64,000 bases of DNA, taken from the NCBI GenBank assembly GCA_963662335.2, contig CAXXVD010000003.1:320001-384000 (forward strand), in the 5' to 3' direction. The stretch comes from Chloroflexota bacterium. GTDB lineage: Bacteria; Chloroflexota; UBA11872; VXOZ01. The notes under the pieces are model-generated. The model saw only the letters and a list, made by a program, of their open reading frames with translations, made no database searches and was not told where the DNA came from. Below, in pieces: positions 60,628 to 64,000 of the stretch (its first letter is position 1; the number at the start of each line of letters is the position of its first letter). The position numbers and the translations under genes are program-made.

Positions 60628-60922
60628 GCGGGGGACAAGCCCCCGCGCTACGTTGATGCGGCAGTGTTGGGGACAAGCCCTAATGCTGTCGCGCTAAACA
60701 GAACGGCGACAAAACTCGCTTCCAAAATTCCCGGTAGCGCAGGTTTGTAACCCCGTATCACGTACGGGGCAGGCTCTGCGAAGCTGGTAGGTCAATCCTT
60801 TGCGTGTCAGTTTCAATGGCTCCGGCGGGGGACAAGCCCCCGCGCTACGTTAATGCGACAGTACTGTGGATAAGCCGCGCGCTACGTTGATGCGACAGTA
60901 CTGTGGATAAGCCCGCGCTACG
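60628..60922 (+). mobile_element. Second IS4-like MITE copy (60681-60866, with a 24-bp internal insert) plus orphan right ends on both sides
   Basis: Colinear with 54550-54711; left flank GGGACAAGCCC; extra right-TIR copies at about 60653-60669 and 60887-60903. Confidence 0.8.
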
Positions 60923-60980
60923 GTATTCGTATGCGAACCGTACCCGCGCTAGAGAAGCGTAAATTCGAGGCCACTTCCGC

Positions 60981-62255
60981 ATGCGCGACTCAGTAGACAA
61001 CGTTGCCGCTTTCGCATACACGCGCAGCCTCGAGCGCAACGTGTGGAAGTTCTACCTGCTCAAGTGCGCCTGGGGCGTGCGTTGGGGCACGCTGCTGCCC
61101 ATTGTGCTGCTCTACTTCCAGGAGCGCGGCATCTCCCTCACCGGTTTCATGGTGCTCATGGCCACCCTCAATCTCTCCAGCGTGGCGGCGGAACTGCCCA
61201 CCGGTCTCTTTGCCGACCGTTTCAGCCGCAAGTGGAGCGTCTTCCTCGGCGCGCTGCTCGGCTGCGGGGCGGTGCTGCTGCTCATATTCACCAACGACTA
61301 CGCCGTCTACGTGCTTGGCTTCATGACCGTTGGCATCGGGGCGGCGTTCGCTTCCGGCGCGGACATGGCGCTCTTCTACGACTCGGTCAAAGGCGCCGGC
61401 TGGGAAAACCGGTCGCAACTGTTGCTGGGGCGCGCCTTGACCATCGAGAACGTCGGCATGGTGAGCGGCATGCTCGTCACCGGCCTCATCGTATCCCGCA
61501 CCGGGCTGGTCGGCCCGTTCTGGGTAAGCGCCGCGGCCCTCTTGGCGGCGGCGTGTATCACGCTGACGTTCGCGGAGCCGCCGGTAGCCCGCGCCGCGCC
61601 GGCCCCGGCGCAAGAGACGACGTTCCGGCAAAAGTCCCGCGCGTACTTTCGCCGCCTCAAAGCGACCGTGCAGACGATCACCCACAACCCGGAACTGCTC
61701 GGCCTCGTCGTCGTCTACGTGGTGATGATGCGCGTCCACTTCTTGATCGAGCGTCCCTTTGCCGGGCCGTATCTCACCGGGCTCGACTTCTCCTACTCCC
61801 AGATTGGGTTCCTCTTCATGTTCTACTACGGCGTGATGTCGCTCTTCATGCTCGGCGCGGCCCGCTTTCGGGCGCTGCTGGAGGGCAACGAGCGGGTCGC
61901 GCTGCTCTCCCTGAGCCTCCTCGGGGCAACCGCGCTGGTTGTGTTCGTCAACGCGCCGCTGACGCCGCTCGTCATCGCCGGTATGCTGGGCGTCTACGTG
62001 ATGATCGGCCTGCTCCATCCCTTCATGATGGAGAGCCTGAACCGGCGCCTGGTCTCGGCCCAACGCGCCGCCTGCCTCTCGCTGGTGCAGGCGTCCAACT
62101 ATTCGCTGGGTCTGATGGTGGGGCCGGCGCTGGCTGCGGTCGCCGACACCTTTGGCCTGGCCACCGGCTTGCAGGTCTTCCAGTGGACGTTCGTGCCCGC
62201 CATCTTTCTGGCGGCGCTCCTGGCATGGCGCGCGTTGGCTCCCCCTTCACGGTAG
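60981..62255 (+). CDS. MFS transporter
   Basis: ELPTGLFADRFSRK, ASGADMALFYDS; about 12 TM. Confidence 0.9.
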   Translation: MRDSVDNVAAFAYTRSLERNVWKFYLLKCAWGVRWGTLLPIVLLYFQERGISLTGFMVLMATLNLSSVAAELPTGLFADRFSRKWSVFLGALLGCGAVLLLIFTNDYAVYVLGFMTVGIGAAFASGADMALFYDSVKGAGWENRSQLLLGRALTIENVGMVSGMLVTGLIVSRTGLVGPFWVSAAALLAAACITLTFAEPPVARAAPAPAQETTFRQKSRAYFRRLKATVQTITHNPELLGLVVVYVVMMRVHFLIERPFAGPYLTGLDFSYSQIGFLFMFYYGVMSLFMLGAARFRALLEGNERVALLSLSLLGATALVVFVNAPLTPLVIAGMLGVYVMIGLLHPFMMESLNRRLVSAQRAACLSLVQASNYSLGLMVGPALAAVADTFGLATGLQVFQWTFVPAIFLAALLAWRALAPPSR

Positions 62256-62347
62256 GCGGCGGCTGTCCGGTAGCAGGCAGGAACGCGCGCGGCGGCCGTA
62301 ATACGCTTGTCCGAAGATTTGCGCACAATTTGCGGCTGGTGGCGGCA

Positions 62348-62593
62348 TATATTGTTGATATTCCTAATGCATAATAATGAGAATATCTGGAAAACCGCCC
62401 TTAAACGCCCTCCAAAGGCTTGCACATGGTTCGCGCCTCTGGTACTCTAGCTACATTGTTGATATTTCCAATACACAACAATAAGATTAGTTAGAGCACC
62501 GCCTCCGAACGCTCGCGCAAAACCCTGTTCATGTTTCGCTCATAGTGCATTGCACCTATATTGTTGATATTCTAAATAGACAATAGTAAGAAT
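62348..62593 (+). repeat. Three AT-rich operator-like direct repeats at 104/105-bp spacing
   Basis: ATTGTTGATATT at 62351, 62455 and 62560. Confidence 0.8.
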
Positions 62594-62610
62594 GAAGAGG
62601 GGAGGTTAGG

Positions 62611-64000
62611 ATGTACAGACCGTTTGCCGCTATCGGACTGAGCGTGTGCGCAGCCCTCTTCAGCGTTGCGACGGTTCATGCCGCCACGACCCCCCAGCCT
62701 GCCGCCACGAGCGCAACCGCCGCGGATTGCCAATTCGTGTTCGGCTTCAAGAGTATGCGCGACGCCATCGGCCAGGACGTCGTGGGCGAGTGCCTCGAGA
62801 ATGAACACCGCAACGCCAACGGCGACAGCGTGCAGCAGCGAACCACCGGCGGCCTGCTGGTCTGGCGCGAGGCCGACAACTGGACCGCCTTCACCGACGG
62901 CCACCACACCTGGGTGAACGGCCCGGACGGCGTGCGGAAGCGCCTGAACACCGAACGCTTCCCCTGGGAATCCGACTACGCGCCCGGCGGCGTGGCAACC
63001 CCCACCCCCGCGCCCACCGCAACGCCTGCCCCCGTTCCTACCGCCGAGCCGACACGGCCGATGCGCGCCGCACTGGCGATGCCGCTGGCTGCGCGCGGTA
63101 CCCTGCAGCGCCTGCTGGCGCCGCCCGCCGAACTCGGCCTGCACTCGTTCTACAAGAAGCACCTGGACGCCGGCGGCCTGCCGATCGTCGCCTCGGAGAA
63201 CGTGATGGACGACGCCCTGTATCGCGCGCGTGACATCATCGACGAGATGCTGGCTCACCGTCCCGAACTCCGCGCCGTGATTGCCGGCATGGGCGCCAAG
63301 ATAACCCTGGTGGGGGATGCGGAAGTCATCACCGATGTTCCTGAATTCAGCAACATCTACAAGATGGCCCCCGGCATCGACTGGAACAGCCGGGTGCGGG
63401 GCGGCGGCCTGTCCGGCAACCATCAACTGCCCGCGACGGCAATCTATGCGGCCAACGTCCTCTGCTCCACCGGCGACGCCTTCCCGTTCGAGGACATCTT
63501 CGTGCACGAGTTTGCTCACACCATCCTCAATATGGGCATCGAGCGCCAGCCCGGCGGCAAGGCTTTCCGCTCGCGCCTGGAAAGCGCCTTCCGCTCCGCC
63601 ATTCGCAAGGGCCTCTGGCACGGCGCCTACGCCAGCCAGAACGCTGACGAATACTGGGCCGAGGGCGTGCAGTCCTGGTTCGGCCTGAACGACCCGCCCG
63701 GCATGTACCACAACGAAGTCAACACCCGCGCCGAACTGAAGGCCTACGACCCAACGCTGGCCGGACTGATCCGAGAAGTCTTCGGGGAAAACACCATTAC
63801 GACTTCCTGCCACGAGACCGTGGACGTGCAGAAGAACCTGAGAATTCAAGGCAAAGTGGTCGACGCCAATGGCCGCCCGGTGAAAGACCTGGTCCTGTGG
63901 GCGTGGCAGGGGAACGTTCTGAACAGCGGATGCGAGTACTCGGCGGCGGACGGCGCTTTCAACATCAAAGTGCCCGCGGGCGCCTTCACGCTGGACGTGT
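62611..64000 (+). CDS. Secreted HEXXH zinc-metallopeptidase-like protein with an N-terminal domain of unknown function (runs off the window)
   Basis: GGAGG RBS; own translation MYRPFAAIGLSVCAALFSVATVHA..., CQFVFGF...GECLENEH...WTAFTDG...RLNTERFPWE, Pro/Thr linker, VHEFAHT, EYWAEGVQSWF. Confidence 0.8.
   Translation, partial: MYRPFAAIGLSVCAALFSVATVHAATTPQPAATSATAADCQFVFGFKSMRDAIGQDVVGECLENEHRNANGDSVQQRTTGGLLVWREADNWTAFTDGHHTWVNGPDGVRKRLNTERFPWESDYAPGGVATPTPAPTATPAPVPTAEPTRPMRAALAMPLAARGTLQRLLAPPAELGLHSFYKKHLDAGGLPIVASENVMDDALYRARDIIDEMLAHRPELRAVIAGMGAKITLVGDAEVITDVPEFSNIYKMAPGIDWNSRVRGGGLSGNHQLPATAIYAANVLCSTGDAFPFEDIFVHEFAHTILNMGIERQPGGKAFRSRLESAFRSAIRKGLWHGAYASQNADEYWAEGVQSWFGLNDPPGMYHNEVNTRAELKAYDPTLAGLIREVFGENTITTSCHETVDVQKNLRIQGKVVDANGRPVKDLVLWAWQGNVLNSGCEYSAADGAFNIKVPAGAFTLDV

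Noticed and set aside
62348-62593. Degenerate CRISPR array
   Set aside because: Intervening segments are about 68 bp and homologous; repeats are too divergent.

Overview
GC-rich bacterial chromosome segment. Gene content and protein styles suggest Chloroflexota, possibly a host- or sponge-associated lineage (inference from a plant-type LRR protein, Tat-lipoprotein solute-binding proteins and a Chloroflexota-type secreted N-terminal domain). Housekeeping genes: uvrA, pheS-pheT, tilS, pabB, pabC-like, nadA, a caa3-type cytochrome c oxidase operon (ctaCDEFG), tRNA-Tyr and tRNA-Asp. Accessory genes: two ABC/AAA_21-type ATPases (one paired with a small PD-(D/E)XK-like protein), a three-module LRR protein, a MITE-broken VapBC module, a PaREP1/HEPN protein, an ERG4/ERG24 sterol reductase, an orphan MraY-like protein and a lower-GC three-gene islet. 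The most striking feature is a dense set of short palindromic mobile repeats (at least five families). They sit in frame inside uvrA and cbiQ, supply the end of tilS, break vapC, and form tandem and mosaic arrays. One 162-bp IS4-like MITE inserts into a GTAG-REP with an 11-bp duplication while carrying that same REP, giving nested insertions on both sides of the oxidase operon. No CRISPR array, transposase or prophage was seen.
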